Part shown: piece by piece, positions 1 through 14,300 of the stretch
Layout: every line of letters begins with the position of its first letter
Numbering within the stretch: position 1 is the first letter of the stretch
NCBI RefSeq assembly: GCF_964204645.1
Contig: NC_134025.1
Span: 26,454,299 to 26,518,298 of the forward strand
DNA length: 64,000 bases
Source: Tubulanus polymorphus
Taxonomy: Eukaryota; Animalia; Nemertea
Direction: 5' to 3'
The notes under the pieces: generated by a model
Database searches by the model: none
Told to the model about the DNA's origin: nothing
What the model saw: the letters and a program-made list of their open reading frames with translations, nothing else
Program-made: the position numbers and the translations under genes

Positions 1-2397
1 GCACACGGCTACCATAACATCGAGTTGCGTAGCTCGAAGGGATCGCCGAGTTAAACCGTATAATCAGGATTAAAGTTGCCCGCGTGTTGCTGGTTCGGTC
101 ATTACCAAAGAGAAATGCTTACGAGATGCGGAACTGCTGTTGGCAATGACAAGCAAGAAATATATGTGCAAATTGACCGCCTCGTGTACACTGTCTGCCA
201 CCCCCTTATTATAGGTATATAGATGAAATATCTTATGCTAACAAAATACCGTTCGCGAAAAGAAAATTTTACGATATTTTCATTAAAAACCGTTTAAAGA
301 CAAAATGGCTATCCTATTTAAAAGGTTATTTTCGAAATAATTTATCACGTCCGACCTCATTTATAATTAGCAGAAGCGGGAAACAATGTGTCATCTACAC
401 TTCACTGGATTTCCAACTATTCTTTAATGAAGATGTGTCAAATATGTGGTTCCCTCCATTAATCATTTTGATTAATTTCACGGTGTTATGCAGTAAAAAT
501 GGACGAACATTTGTTAAACTGGCAAGGAAAATTTCTTTCGAACCTATCATGGTTATAGCGTCATAGTAACGATCAATAGTGAGTTCATGTACATATAATA
601 ACACGTATAAGCTAATTTTCTCTGAATTGCAGCAGACAGTATGGGTCAGCTGCTGAACTGTTCAAATTGGTAAGGTAATAATTTTAGTCGACTGATTGGT
701 GATTTCATAGAGATTTGATTTGGATGATTGAGTGGAAACGAGAAAACTCTATTCAGTCAGAAGTTGCATATAATGTTTACTGATTTCACTTATATATATT
801 TGAATGGTTGCTCTCTTCAAAATAGTGAATAGGTCCATCTCTAGTCCGCTGTATTTGACATCTCTAGTCCACTCGTTGTGTGTCTATTTCATGATGAATT
901 CACTATCCGATGCGCTAGCTGACAATACTGCGACTTGATTATCCATTTTGCTCTGCTCAAGATATTTATTACCCTCTGCAATTTCATCAAAGATACTAGT
1001 GTCCAATAAAAGAGGTGTCGTCACTGCATTCAATAGAAAGGCCAAGCAATATCCTGAAGCCCATATTGAATTGAGCATGATTTTCTTCATTCAGACGAGT
1101 AATGGTTTTTATGGCTATATTTTGAGACCAGTGGTTCCGATTAGATTTGCTCGGCTTGATATATACATGCATTTGTCAGTGGCCCTCTGTGTCAAAAGGT
1201 GTCGTGTGAAAGTATGGAACGTCACAGACACGGCCTGCGTCTTAAAGCGTCGTGTGAAAGTTTGGAAAATTCAAAATAAACTGAATTTTGAAAAGTATTA
1301 ATTGCTTCTCGGAGTGAACGACTCCTCTAATGATTATATATGGCTTCCGTTCAGATTTGTGAAGCCAATAGAGTTTGACCTTTATTCTTTTTCATTTGAA
1401 GCCATATATGATTTCAAACGCAGATAAGGCTGGGAATTTTATTTGATTTCTTTTGAAAGTCTTCGCTGCATGTCGCAGTTTCCTACAGATATTTTATTTC
1501 CACATTGTAACTCATATGATATTACTTTTGATTTCCTGAGCTGTCAATTTTACTGATCCATTTTCATGTGTTCCGGAAATTTAGTCAATGTATGAGCTCG
1601 ATGTATGCAATAAATAATTATATAATGTCCTCTGGTCCATTCACAATTTAAAGAGGCTATTCATTGAACTTGACACTTATATGTGATTCATCTTGGATTT
1701 ACTGGAATAAAAATTCATCGGCATCTTATCTTGCTAGGGACCTTATGAATAGAATTACGAATCATGCTTTCTTCGTATCCCACTATCTAATTATATATAA
1801 TACGTAAATATATGTTGCCAAAGTTACACGTATCGGTAAATTATGAAAGTTGCTAGGATATATCGAAAGACAATGTTGTTAGTTCTGCGATAGGGCGAGC
1901 GCGATCGAGTCCGATACCTCGATCAGAAATGACCGCTAGTGTGGTATATTTGACTTATGATTTATACCCTTTCTGACTAATATCACCATCATTAGGTTAT
2001 AACCGTTATCACGCTTTTGTTTTTAAACAATCACTACCCGATCCATGTTACCGATCAATGGTTTCCATGCAGTACGCTTATACGTATTTCCTTTCGGTGT
2101 CTGATGCCCATTTCCTCCCTTTCCAATATGGACGTCAATCGGATGAACTGAATCGTATCCAGTGGAAGATACTATGAATGTATAATTCATTCAGAACATG
2201 ACGGATTTAAGTACTAGTTTATATAGTGTGTTTTGTTGTTCTATCTGGCGAAGTGTGGATTCTATCTGAAATATTATATTCAAAAAAGATGTGTTTGATT
2301 CTGTCATGCTAATTGGATTCGCAATTTTCTCTTGTGAATGAAGTTGTACAAATAATTAAGGGATTATAAAACTACGGCGTCGTATGCATTTGAAATA

Positions 2398-5300
2398 ATG
2401 GATAATGTGAGGAAAGTGCGGGCGAATTATCATCCAGAGTTGAATAAAGATGATTCTAACTTACACAACGATATTCGGTTCAGACACCATAATTCGATTG
2501 ATGAAGTTCCACCGGAAGCGTCCTGGGCTGCCAGTCGTAATATAGAACGGAAGCGTCAGCGAACTTTATCGCGAACGATTTCATTGAAAAAAGAAACAAA
2601 CGATAATCAAATCAGTGAAGTCAAAAGCCACGTGTCGAAATCGAGAAATGGGAAATTAAAAGAACCCATAGGTCATGGAAGAAATCTCAAATTACCAGAT
2701 ATCAACAAAAAGCCAAATCGCATCGGTCGAAGTTTTAGTACAACTAAAAGGAGCCCTAAAGGTAAAGCTAGGGTTTATAGTGCTGTAGATTCCTAATAGT
2801 TGGAGTTGATATTAAATTAGAGTTTGCAGCACGGAATAAAGCCCCCCGCACACAAGCAATTTGCGCTGCTTCAAGTTCATACGCACTTGGTTTGGAATTT
2901 TGGCAAAAGATGTGCAACATATGAGCTGCGGCAAGTGATGTATACACCATATGTAAAATATTCTGAAATACGTTTTGAAAAGTCCTTGCCGAAAATACAT
3001 TGTATTCAAAATATACATTTCGACACCTGGTCACGTTATTTCGTTATGCTCGGTCGTAAATCAGCTGGGCGTTTAGCCGAGTGGTTAGAGTTCGGTTTCG
3101 AAAGGTCAGGTCAGGTTTCATTTTTCTCATTTAATTAGCATGCTTCCTCGATATGAATTAATTAATCCTTTTTTTCTTTTTGCCAATAGGCTATTTCGCT
3201 AGTTTTCGACGTACGGAATTTATCGACCAGAAGGCAACAATATTTCGATTTAATTGCGTAGCCCACTTCCACCCCCATTTCCACCATTGCTCAGTGACAG
3301 AGGCAAAATTGGATTGTGTCTTAAGTACCTTATTGGTGGTGATTTCTATGCAAGTCACATCCATGATGATGAGAATTAAGATATGTCCTGTTTGGGGAAA
3401 GTGCTTACTGCGAAATACAGGACATTCCGGTATAATACGAAAATATATCAGGGAATCGGAATTTGACACGGGAACAGCGTCAATTAGACACACACACACA
3501 TGTAATCAGTTTGATATCTGTGCTCTTAGCGTCATTCAGCTATATACAAAACGTCGCTGGCATGAACGATATTCGTGGAAATCTAGAAATATAAGAAAAT
3601 GGCTTCTATTTCTTCTATAGTACTGCGGTGCTTTTCAAATAGAACCACGCTCGTCTGATTTGTCTATATTACATTTATTATGCAAGAGATATGTTATCCA
3701 TATTTATAAACCCAGACTCCGAGTCTTATATTGTGTCTGGGCGAAATAAACAATATATCCATTGTATCTGCATGTATATGTGTATATCCCTTTTTGACCC
3801 ACCCATCAAAGATATTAATAGATGCCGTGTGATCTTTGCCATCTTTGAAATCATCGACATCGATTTCGTATTGATCTTGAAGACAGTTTATTTATTACCT
3901 CATAGATACATTACATATATGTATTTATAGAAAGCGTTTTGTACTGGTAACTCGTAGATAATGAAATGTGTTCTGCAAATGCCTCACTTTATTCATGTTT
4001 TCCATTCAGTATCGCGATATTAAGGATCGATTTTCATTTCTTGCTTGCGTTCGTGGTTAGCTTTTAGATATCAATGCGACGCTTTCGTAGGCCTGGTAAT
4101 TCATATAGTTTTGTGAATTTTTTCCTGATTTTAAGACGACGAACGACACAATATTGTAATCTCTTTTGAGATATGCATCTGTCTCTGGTATGCCCCGTCT
4201 AGTCGAAATGCAAACGATTGAAAGTAAAGAAATTCCATCGCCAATCGATTTACCTACTAGAATACATCGCTCATTTTATCCATTTCAATATTAATACGAT
4301 ATGAGATATGTTCAAATATTCTTTTTTTTATGATATTATCATCTGCGTAAACTATGAAGAAATGATATCAATCATGTTCCGCTGCTATTGAAGCTCGTGG
4401 CCTGTAACGAATTTTATGGATGATAATTTCAAAATTGTCCAACACGGCTGTCCATTTAATCATTTAATTCACAATTGATTACCTATATTTCCTAGACTCT
4501 CATCGGATTGGATTATGAACCATATTATTCACGATTCATTAACGAGTGATTAACGTCAGAAATGAAATGACCGATGAAGTGTGCATTTTCTCATCGATAA
4601 TACACGTTCGCGCATAAAACGGTTTATCTATGATGATAATAATTGACAATCGGGGGCGAGGGAGCGTTAGCGGATCGGTTTTTAATGGTTAGTTACACAA
4701 ACAACAAAAAATAACACAAGAGAAAAATGTGTTAATGGGTTGATGAAAAATTTGCATTGTATTGAAAATATTTCTATCTGACTTTTAAGTATATTTCTTA
4801 CATATGTTATATCTTGCAGTTGCGAACCCTCCAGATCGTGCCAAGGATGACTCCACAGTTGGAGCCAAGAATGGACAATTAGCAAGTAAGGTTTGATGTT
4901 TGTGATTGAATTCAATTTATGGAAAAAAAAAAGGTTTTTAACTTATTCCATTGAAGATGTTGGTATACGATTACCTAATCGAACATCTGAAGAAATTTTG
5001 ACTGCAGCAAAGCTTGAAATTTCATGGTCTCGATGTTTCGTAGACTTCACAATTAATTGTCGGTGATTCAATTACGTGTTTGCCATTGGCTTCCTTTACT
5101 ATAGTAAAGCAACAGTTGATTCAATTAATCGAACAGTAATGCCTAGTGGCTGCGTAGCCAGTCAGGAAAAGGTTGTGGGTGAATGAATGAACTGGTCTGT
5201 GAACATTGCGTCAATATTCTTCATATTGTGTGGAAGTACTTGATTAGCAAGTTCGAATAGAAACGTAGATTTCTGTATCGTGATATTAATCAATTTCCCT

Positions 5301-8300
5301 TGTACATAGAAGATGGTATTCTCATTCACAGGGAATTTGTATTTCGAGTTATTGAAAATAATTCTTATCGTGGAAAAATCCCTACTCGAAAAGACTTGCT
5401 TAAGTTCATCCTTCTCTTCTGAATGCCAATTTAGTTGAAAGCACAATCTTGTCACCGTCGTCTGCGATTACAAATCTGAAATTTAGTCGACAGAATGTCG
5501 TAAATTTTTCATTATCTCAAAGAATACTTTGCCGAATAAGATATCTGATGACCTAGTCGTGCTTACTGTGCTTTTTGTGTGTTTTATTCAATTTCAAACT
5601 TCAGCGTTGAAGTTTAATCCGTAAAGCTCTAACCGAAAATTTCATGGTTCGAGCGAAACCGCACCAAGATCTCCCGAGATACTATTCATGGGTTTTAGAT
5701 TTTATTTACGTTTTTATAACTCCTTTTTATTCCTGAGGCAATATTAATTTTCTGTTGCATAAAATGCAATGTGAGCAACTTGCCGTCACGTTCTAGTCTA
5801 CACTGACGCCACGAAACATTGCAATCAGCAAACTCGTCAATTTTCTTTTCATTGCTTGGGTGACTGGTTTGTTTCCAGTGAATGATTTCGTATCCGCAGA
5901 GAATTGAAAACAATCACCAATTATTAGCGAGTTCACTGATCAGAAATTTCCATTCCGAATTTTTTAATGTTACTCGCACAATAGCCTGAAATGAAGAATG
6001 AACTTATTAATGCTTGTTAGACTAAAAACCGTTGCCACCATGAAGAGGTATGGATAACCCTGGAGAAAAATTGAATGTTTAACGTTAAGACACTCCGCAG
6101 TTTACTAGGTGAAGTGAGAAAGATTTTATTTTCACCTTCTCTGGATAGCACCCAGAGCAGAATAACTGAATTAACTATTGTTAATTGAAATTCATGTAGC
6201 ATTCAATCGCATCGATTTCTCTCGGCTAATAGCCAGTTCTGTTCTGAGATCGTATGTCCCGGAAAGTTGAACTCTGAAAGATATCTGAAATGAATTTCAT
6301 CGATTCCAGCTCGAGCCATATTTTCTCTGACATTTTATCTCCTTTGACTGATTGGCTTTTTCACATGGCTTGCAACTCTGACAGTTTGTAATTGTCGAGA
6401 ACACTATAATTATGTTGACTGCTTGATATCCATCCGAGCAACTGCATTTCCCCCGATGTTATTAGTGGTTGCACTGGAATGTGCATTCTCAGTCAGTTTT
6501 ACATGTTTTCTGGTCCGTTCATCTGAAAAATCGCTCGATATTCAATGCCTAGGGGTTAGAAAAATTCGAAAACCAGCATAGCGATGATGATGAATAAAAT
6601 TACCATTTTAGGAGGAACAGGTCAACAGACAAGATGGACTCGCGGTACCTCATTAACCTCATCACCAGGTTTGTTAGTATGCAGCATGCGAACATAATCA
6701 GCATTTCTTTTTTAAGATTATTTCAAAAACATGATCTCGCTGAATTATTTCGTGCATAATACAATTAAATCGCCTTTTTCAGTTCGATCCAATGTTGAAT
6801 TAATCATTCGTCATTTCTAATCAGAACTTGTCATTTCAATATACGATTTTTCATACGGTTGTAAAATGCTCTGTACATAACTTTTTCATTTAATTTAGGC
6901 GCCGATTTCTGATTTATTACTGCTCGTTTCGTGTATTTTTTCTAAGCTCTAGAAAATAATTGCATGTTCTGTTGCATGGCAGTTGATGAGAGAAGTCGGT
7001 TTTTAAAGAGACTGACTTCGTAATTAAAGCAGACACTAGGCAGCGCATGTGCAATTAAAACTTCTTTCCTGTGAGACTGTATAATTGCAGTATGCTTGCA
7101 TTGTCATTAAATTTGTTGACGCTGGATGGTATCTCCGAAGATACTGTGTGAGAAAAGATGAGGTGATAATTCAACAGCTATTTCACAAGCTCAGCCACTA
7201 AATCACACTTAATAACACAGCATTTTGGGAGTTGTGACATTTGCAACCTGTAAAAGAAGAAGTGTTGCCCTAGATTTGAATATATTGCCCACAGTTTTAT
7301 TGATAAACTCCATTTGAATGTGCTTTGTTTGTAGAGGGAGATGTAGATTACTTGCTCCAAGACATAAAGATTAACATTTTATCGACGATCAAATGGTAAT
7401 CTGAAAATAGGAATTGCACGATTCACTCGAACAATTGGCATTTCCGTGTTAACGCATAAAGCCATGGATGATACTATTTCACTGTTGAATTTAAACCAAG
7501 CGGTTTTTAAATTCTGTTTGATCTTGAATCACCAATAATGCCATACAGACATAAGATGATCTCTATCATCACTCCCACCAAATGCCACAAAAATACCAGA
7601 TCTAAGGCTTGCCCTTTGAGCATGATCATCTTGACATCAACGTGAACTTCTTCCGATACGTTTACCCTAACAACCACTGGTGGGTGTTCCTTTTGTAAAC
7701 TAGTAATCCAATGCTATAATAGCATCCAGAGGGACTTCATTGGAAAGCTTTAGTTAACGTATCAGTTGGATACCGAGTGTGTCAATAAGGGATGAAAGCG
7801 CTCTAACTCTACCGCGCACGTATATATGTATATTTAATATGATAAAGGTTGTTATAGAAAAGCATGCTCTCCATTTCATAAAATGCTGTCTAGAGATGAT
7901 GAAAGTGCTATCGCAATCAGGTTTTACATTGATCTCGCTCTATCGTTGCCGGTGCTCGGCGTTTTGTTTTTTACTTGTTCACCGTATCGATCTATTGGTA
8001 GTGCATCAGCTCATCGGTGGCGTAAAACATCAGAAATAACAATTCGCGAAGATTGTTTGTGAGCAAAACATTAACCACGAGGAGCAAAGATAATTAAGCT
8101 GACATGACAGCCAATTGATCAATGACCAATTCTGATAAGTTGCAAATTCGGTAACGCTAATTTCCCTTTCCTGATTACCAGCCATTGAACAGCAATGCGG
8201 CGAATCGATAATGGTTCGCAAATCAATCCTTTTGATTGACAGCTTTACAAGAATACGCGGCCAACGAAAGCGTTATTCAATTTTGTTGTGAACCGGTCTC

Positions 8301-11300
8301 TTATAATCAGAATCGCGTTATTGAACTGAGTTTTTATGCTGAAATTCAATACTGATCCGTCGGGATACGAAGCCATATATTACTTGACATTTTGCATCAG
8401 AAAGTAAACCTCGCGTCTTCGACATCATCGAAATGTCAAGATAGCGCTCGAAACTGCAACCTTAAAACTGACTGTCTCAGTTTAAATCAGTGTTTCCCGA
8501 ATCTATTTTTTCTATATTGATGAGCGTGACAGACACTGATTAACCCAAACTTGCGTATGCGTCAGATTCTTCTTACACATGATGCATAGATTGCTTTTAT
8601 AGATTCTTGATATTTATTGATGTTACCTTGGGTGCTTGCAACACAACCATTGGTTATCGATGTTGCCATAAGAAAGTGAATGTTGTTGATGTATATGTGA
8701 TATTATACACAATCTTATACTTTTCTCGCATGCAAAATCGGTTGATTTCATCGGCGGCATTAGATTTATTTCAAAAAATCACACCACAGCTTACGAACAT
8801 TTCTCCATCGTTATTGCTGTTCTACATCATTTTCCAATAGCTCGACTAAACGTTTATTCGTGTTCGATTATACAATTCGTGTATTGAATTTTACTTTAAT
8901 TGCTCTGTAGAAATCTTTCATCAGCATTCATCTTCAACAAAAGTACCTTTCTCGTACAGAAGGTTTCTCATCTGCAAAGAGGATTTAGGACATTGTTTTC
9001 TCTTTGTGCCATTTTCAGCGTAGAAGGTTGGATTAAAATCCATTTGTTTGAGGATGGGTTAAGTAATAAAACTGTCTTCAACCGTCTTAATATTCTAGTT
9101 TGATAAGTTAAGAATCGATAATTTATTAGATCTATGATCTAATGATAATGTCTTATACTGTCGCTGAGCTATTCCAATAATCGGATACTGAGTACTTAGA
9201 GGTTGTACATAGGCACACGTATATACAAGTTCTGTCATGAATCCCAGGGAGGCCGTCGCTTATGGCTCGATTTATTGTAGAACAAATTTCAGACTTCAAC
9301 GCAATTTCACTGTAATTACGCAATAAAGAGACATTGTAATCTATGTGATATAATGCCCAAGGGATACCGTAGTAATTGCCCAATTAGAATGCCTTTGCAG
9401 AGTTCTTTCCCAGTGGTTTTCTTGTGCTAAATCATTCTGACAACAGAAACCAATCCTTAATCTTTATGAAAGTGGAAAATCAGATGAAGGGTTTCTGTTG
9501 GAAGTAGTGAAGAGTTTTTCTTTATAATCACCGGGAACCCAGTCTTTCATCGTGGGGAAGCATTCTATGAACCTTACGTATCCAAAATGTTTTTTCTTCT
9601 TGGAATTAGGTCTTAAAAACGTCGAGATACTGCGTTTGAAGAATACTGTTTTGAATGAAATATTCCCCATGTGGAAATGATTAGAAGTTATAACAATACG
9701 AATGAACGAATTGTGTTTACAATCTTTGAAGGTTTCGTAGAGTAAGCTTACAGTCAGGCAGGTGTACAAATCTACCAGTTGATGAGGTTCCTTCATCTCA
9801 TTCACCAGTGGTGCATCAGTGGTGTTAAATCGCATGGTAGAATCACGAAAGTTGAAAGTACCGCAGGCACTACTCTCAAATGAAGAACATCTTTGATTAG
9901 ATTTCATCATATTTTCCGGTTTGAAATAGACATCTCCTGTTCGGCATTTAAAGTAACATTCGAAGGATTTTTTGAGTAGTGTGTCTTGTTATAGTATTTC
10001 TAGGTGGTAAAGAAGTTACGGAAGAACCACACGTGGATTTGGATGCGTCTGATGAATAATCGTTTCGATACGATTAACATTGAGATATAATACAGTTTGA
10101 GAATGATTTTTCAGAGAATCTCACTGAATAAATTAATGTTGTGTTTATGCATCGACACGAGGTTGTATGTACTTCACCATATGCTTAGGGCAATTGTTTG
10201 GACAGGGAAGCGCTAGATGGAAATTGTAATGCGTTGATGTACATTTTCGAGCGGCAATCGATTTGAAAGTGAATGTTCGATTCATCGGAGGATATGTATC
10301 AATTTCAGTGCATATTACATATAATTGATCTCGAGCGTAATACCAATCTAAATAGTAGTTCTCAAACCTTACCGCGATGACCAGATCGGCGAAGAATGCA
10401 ACCAGATGCGTTTCGGTTATGTCAATGATGTCACGAGAAGAAATCTGAGATACCCAAAACCTCGAGGATAACTTCGTGATAAGCTTTGCATGGAATTATT
10501 GACAACTGTTTCTTCGATTAATGAAATCGAACAATTTGCTTCCATATATTGGATTAGAGAAAATTGATTCCAGCGATGTTTCTGAAAGGTAGGCAGTAAT
10601 TACATGATCGCAGACGTGCTACTGCCAGGAGTAGTATGTATGTGGCCAAATCTAACGAGAAATGGTTGAAAATATTCACTTGTTTCAGTGTAGATTCTCT
10701 GAAAGGCTTTACGCAATAGATCTCTTTCTGCCAGGTACTTAATCTCACGCTAACGGGTAATATATTGATTTGAGCCACGCATTTCTATTTAGGTGAAATA
10801 TGCAATCGACTGACTTTGAATCTAACTTTTAAGTATACATATGTTAGCTAGGTCAATGTAATGAGAGTTTCAATTGACAGACATTATATTTTGAAGCGCC
10901 AGATGAACGAATTGATACGCGTGTATAAGTAGTATCATTGCCATGCGAGAATCTTTACGTCGCTTCATATGTTTCGGGATGAAAAAGTTTGTAAATACTG
11001 TATTTATTCGCGATGAAATCAACTGCAATCACTGACCATTGGGAAATCTCTGATAGATTAATGTGTAATAGAGTTAATTCAGTGGTTCCGTTGTTATTTG
11101 ACCTCACGATAAGATGCGGTCAATAATTCCCCATCCGATTCCAATGAGAATACTAATCAATTCTAATCAGACAATACATATACATCGAAAGACCTTGAGA
11201 AGTAATACTGCTAATAAGTCCATTCTTCCTCATGGAACACTATTCCTTCCTTGCTGCTGCAGCAGGATCTTTATGGTCAGGGTACGCGCTACGTACGTCG

Positions 11301-14300
11301 TCGCTGCTGCTACTGCTGCTGCCGCTGCTGCTGGTGTATTGGGAAGTTTACCAGTTGAGATTTCACGCTTGAATTGTCGATACGTTTTACTTTCGCGACT
11401 TAGAAAGACAAATTGTTCTATAGATTTAACTCAGCCGATATAGGTATTACGGCTATTATCCAGGCCATTAAATCGAGGTTGATAAGTCGTATGACATTCT
11501 CTCAACGCTTTGCACAGCAAAACGAGAGTTCCACACATAAAACATCAATTACCATGGCAACCCTTGTAGGACTTGGCTTTAGTGATGGGCAGAGTTGCAG
11601 AGTTTACAAGTGAAAGAACGTGTGGTACCACCATGTGCGTGGGGCTGATATGTGCGGTTTAGTGGATTATAGTGGAATATTTTCGGTGAAAATTGGAAAT
11701 AACATATTATGACATCCAAATCGAGTCCCGCAAGTGAGTAGTTGCTTAGTTTATCTAGATCATTCAATTGCTGGTCCTTCGAAACTTTTTATCGCTCTTC
11801 GAGTAACGTACTTTATTTTCATGTATAGCCTTCAGTCATTCGTTTCGTAGATACCGTATCATTGCACCTATTTGCTCTCAGAAGTTTGATGCCTCGCAAA
11901 AGAGCAAAATGTGCTGGTTGCAGGTGGCGTTTTCACATTTATGGCCAGTTGGGTAATATTAAACTATCAAAGAATACGGCCAATATTCATCATTACAGTC
12001 CCCTTAAAGTTTTTCGAGTTTTTCATTTTTGAGGCGAACGACTGCAGAGTTTTTCGGTACTCTCTTACATGGTGAATTATATTGGAAAGTCGAAAACCCA
12101 ACTTCTCTCACTCAGTCACTTGTGAAAACATCCATTAGCGATGCGAGAAAAACAGCCACCGATCTGAATGATAATTCAGAACATGAAGAAATTGGTCAAG
12201 ATGATCACTATCACCAGACCACCAAACTAATAATGACGCAGACAGTATACAATCAGTTGAAGTAATACCAAGAATTGACTCGCGTACTGAAAAATAATGA
12301 AAGTATTCATCGACGAGAATGTCGGCGTTGTGAGACTGGATTCTGACGAGATTGACGATTTCTCCGCGCGTTAACCATCGCGGTGACCTCGTGGGTTTCT
12401 AGTTTGTTAGACAATGACGCTTTTATCAGCGCCTGTCAATATCATCTTATAATGAATTTGGCCTCTGCTGCTCCAGATGAGTAACTTTGACACTTCTCTT
12501 GTGATCACTGCTATGTATGATTACGTGCGTGATTTCGGTCGACTGTCACGTTCAATGTTACACTTCCTGTGGAGCGCTTCCTCAATTTCAGTGTCTATCT
12601 CCCGGAAATTTGTGCATTTCCTTTCCCTGCATCTCGAACCGCGATACTATATTTCACGCAGTTGCTATCAGTTTGTTATCTGTGAAGTATAACCACCGAC
12701 GTACCAACCCGATTTTTGAGTCATTAAGATCTGAAATAATCACAATGAAATCTCATTATACCGTCTCCGTAAAAAAATTAGTTTATTCTATGCCAAAAAT
12801 GGATGAAAATCTCACGAGACAACTCCCTGACGATTTTGCAAAATATCTCTGCGCTGATTGCTCGTCATTATGTCACTTTCCATCGAACCAAAAGCTGCTA
12901 TACTATGCGGGAAACGGTAGGAGGTTCGCGGAGCTTCTTTCCACTATAACAATCCTGCATAATGATGATATCATTAAATCCATTAAGGAATCGTAGCTAC
13001 CAGACGTGTTTGCTATTAGCAACAAGTGCGCACAAAACTTATCTTCGTTGAAAATAGGGTTTCTTTGAGACATGCATTATTTCATCGGTTCGGTCAGATT
13101 TAAGTGGTCGAACATTTCGGAAGGGGTGATTATCAGATGGACCAAATTATCGCTTACCAAACATCTTTCAATAGCTTGCAGCAGTTATGCCCATGGTTTA
13201 TGCATAGATTTGCATCACTGAATACTTCTCTGAGATGATTCAATGCGCACATTTAGCAACCCTAAAGATTTCAGTTATTCATGAGCTGTATTATGCATAC
13301 TACGAGCAATGTCTGTCCTATCAATTCGAATTGAATAGACAATAAACCGAAAAATTATATTATTGATGTCATGATTATTGTGAAGAATTCAGTCCTGTTT
13401 CTATCGAAATTGAAGCAATCGCGTATTTACCTTATAAAGCAATCTGAGATACATATGTTCGTTTGTATAAAGCAGATATTTATTGATTGTGCCTAGAAGC
13501 ATAAAATTGCCATAAACTAGCCATCATCGCAGATAATCCCCGAGGATTTGCATCGTTGATATGCGGTGTTCATTTAATGTTGTATCTTTATCATTGTGTA
13601 TTTGAAATTGAGACATATCTACTGATTGACATTTATGTTTTAGGGATTCACACCCACTGCTTGGCCTGCTTGAATGCCACGCGACACATTGTCATTCAAA
13701 GGAAAACTGAATTTGATCGTTTTATCTCTTTTTTATGAATGATGCAATATTGTTTTTGAAATATTCGTATGAGGTTTCTAGATTCATGCAAGGTTTATTG
13801 CCAGTCGTGCAATATTTTTACAACTGAGTTTGAATTCTGTTCTAATTATATGATATTAACAGCTGCGTACTTACGGACAGCTGTATCCTTTGAACCATAT
13901 ATGCATGCACGGACCTTTTTATATATCAGATTTTTGCAATATAGAGCTTTCTGGTGATACTGAATAAGATTCATTGATGATTGAATCTAGCAAGCAGCCT
14001 GATCGGGCTAAGGGTATGTGATTTCTCTTTTTTTAACTGATATAACTGTGAACCGGTTCTTTATGCGTCATTATATCGTCACAACTAATCAGTCTTAATG
14101 ACATCAGAAGTCTGTCATCTTTTCCTCAGTTTAGAGTATCTGTAAATAAACTTTTGAGCTATTTTAGAGGACTAGTCAAATATATTCAGGAGCAAATGAT
14201 TTCCTGCACTTGCGGTGTAATATTCCACACTTTACTTGGTTTTGATGTTGACTTGTCTTCTTGCGTTCAATGCTCGAATGGAAGTTAGAGAGTTAAATTG

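Noticed and set aside
633-674. Short segment with acceptor and two donors (MGQLLNCSN or RQYGSAAELFKL frames)
   Set aside because: Its phase does not fit the phase-1 acceptor at 16454 and it has no recognisable homology; it could belong to an upstream isoform but cannot be supported here.
835-1270. Short direct repeats (CATCTCTAGTCC x2; GTCGTGTGAAAGT.TGGAA x2)
   Set aside because: Only two copies each and no array or element structure; not CRISPR-like, and the sequence is eukaryotic.
3067-3120. tRNA-like start GGGCGTTTAGCCGAGTGGTTAGAG (Pol III A-box); similar fragments near 40601 and 60904
   Set aside because: No B-box or T-arm and no cloverleaf; at most decayed SINE heads, not tRNA genes.
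9464-9910. 148-aa minus-strand ORF in PDE1 intron 1
   Set aside because: No recognisable domain, transposase or reverse-transcriptase motif, and no supporting splice structure.
12029-12996. Several overlapping plus-strand ORFs in PDE1 intron 1
   Set aside because: No family motifs and no phase-compatible donor to the 16454 exon that I could support.
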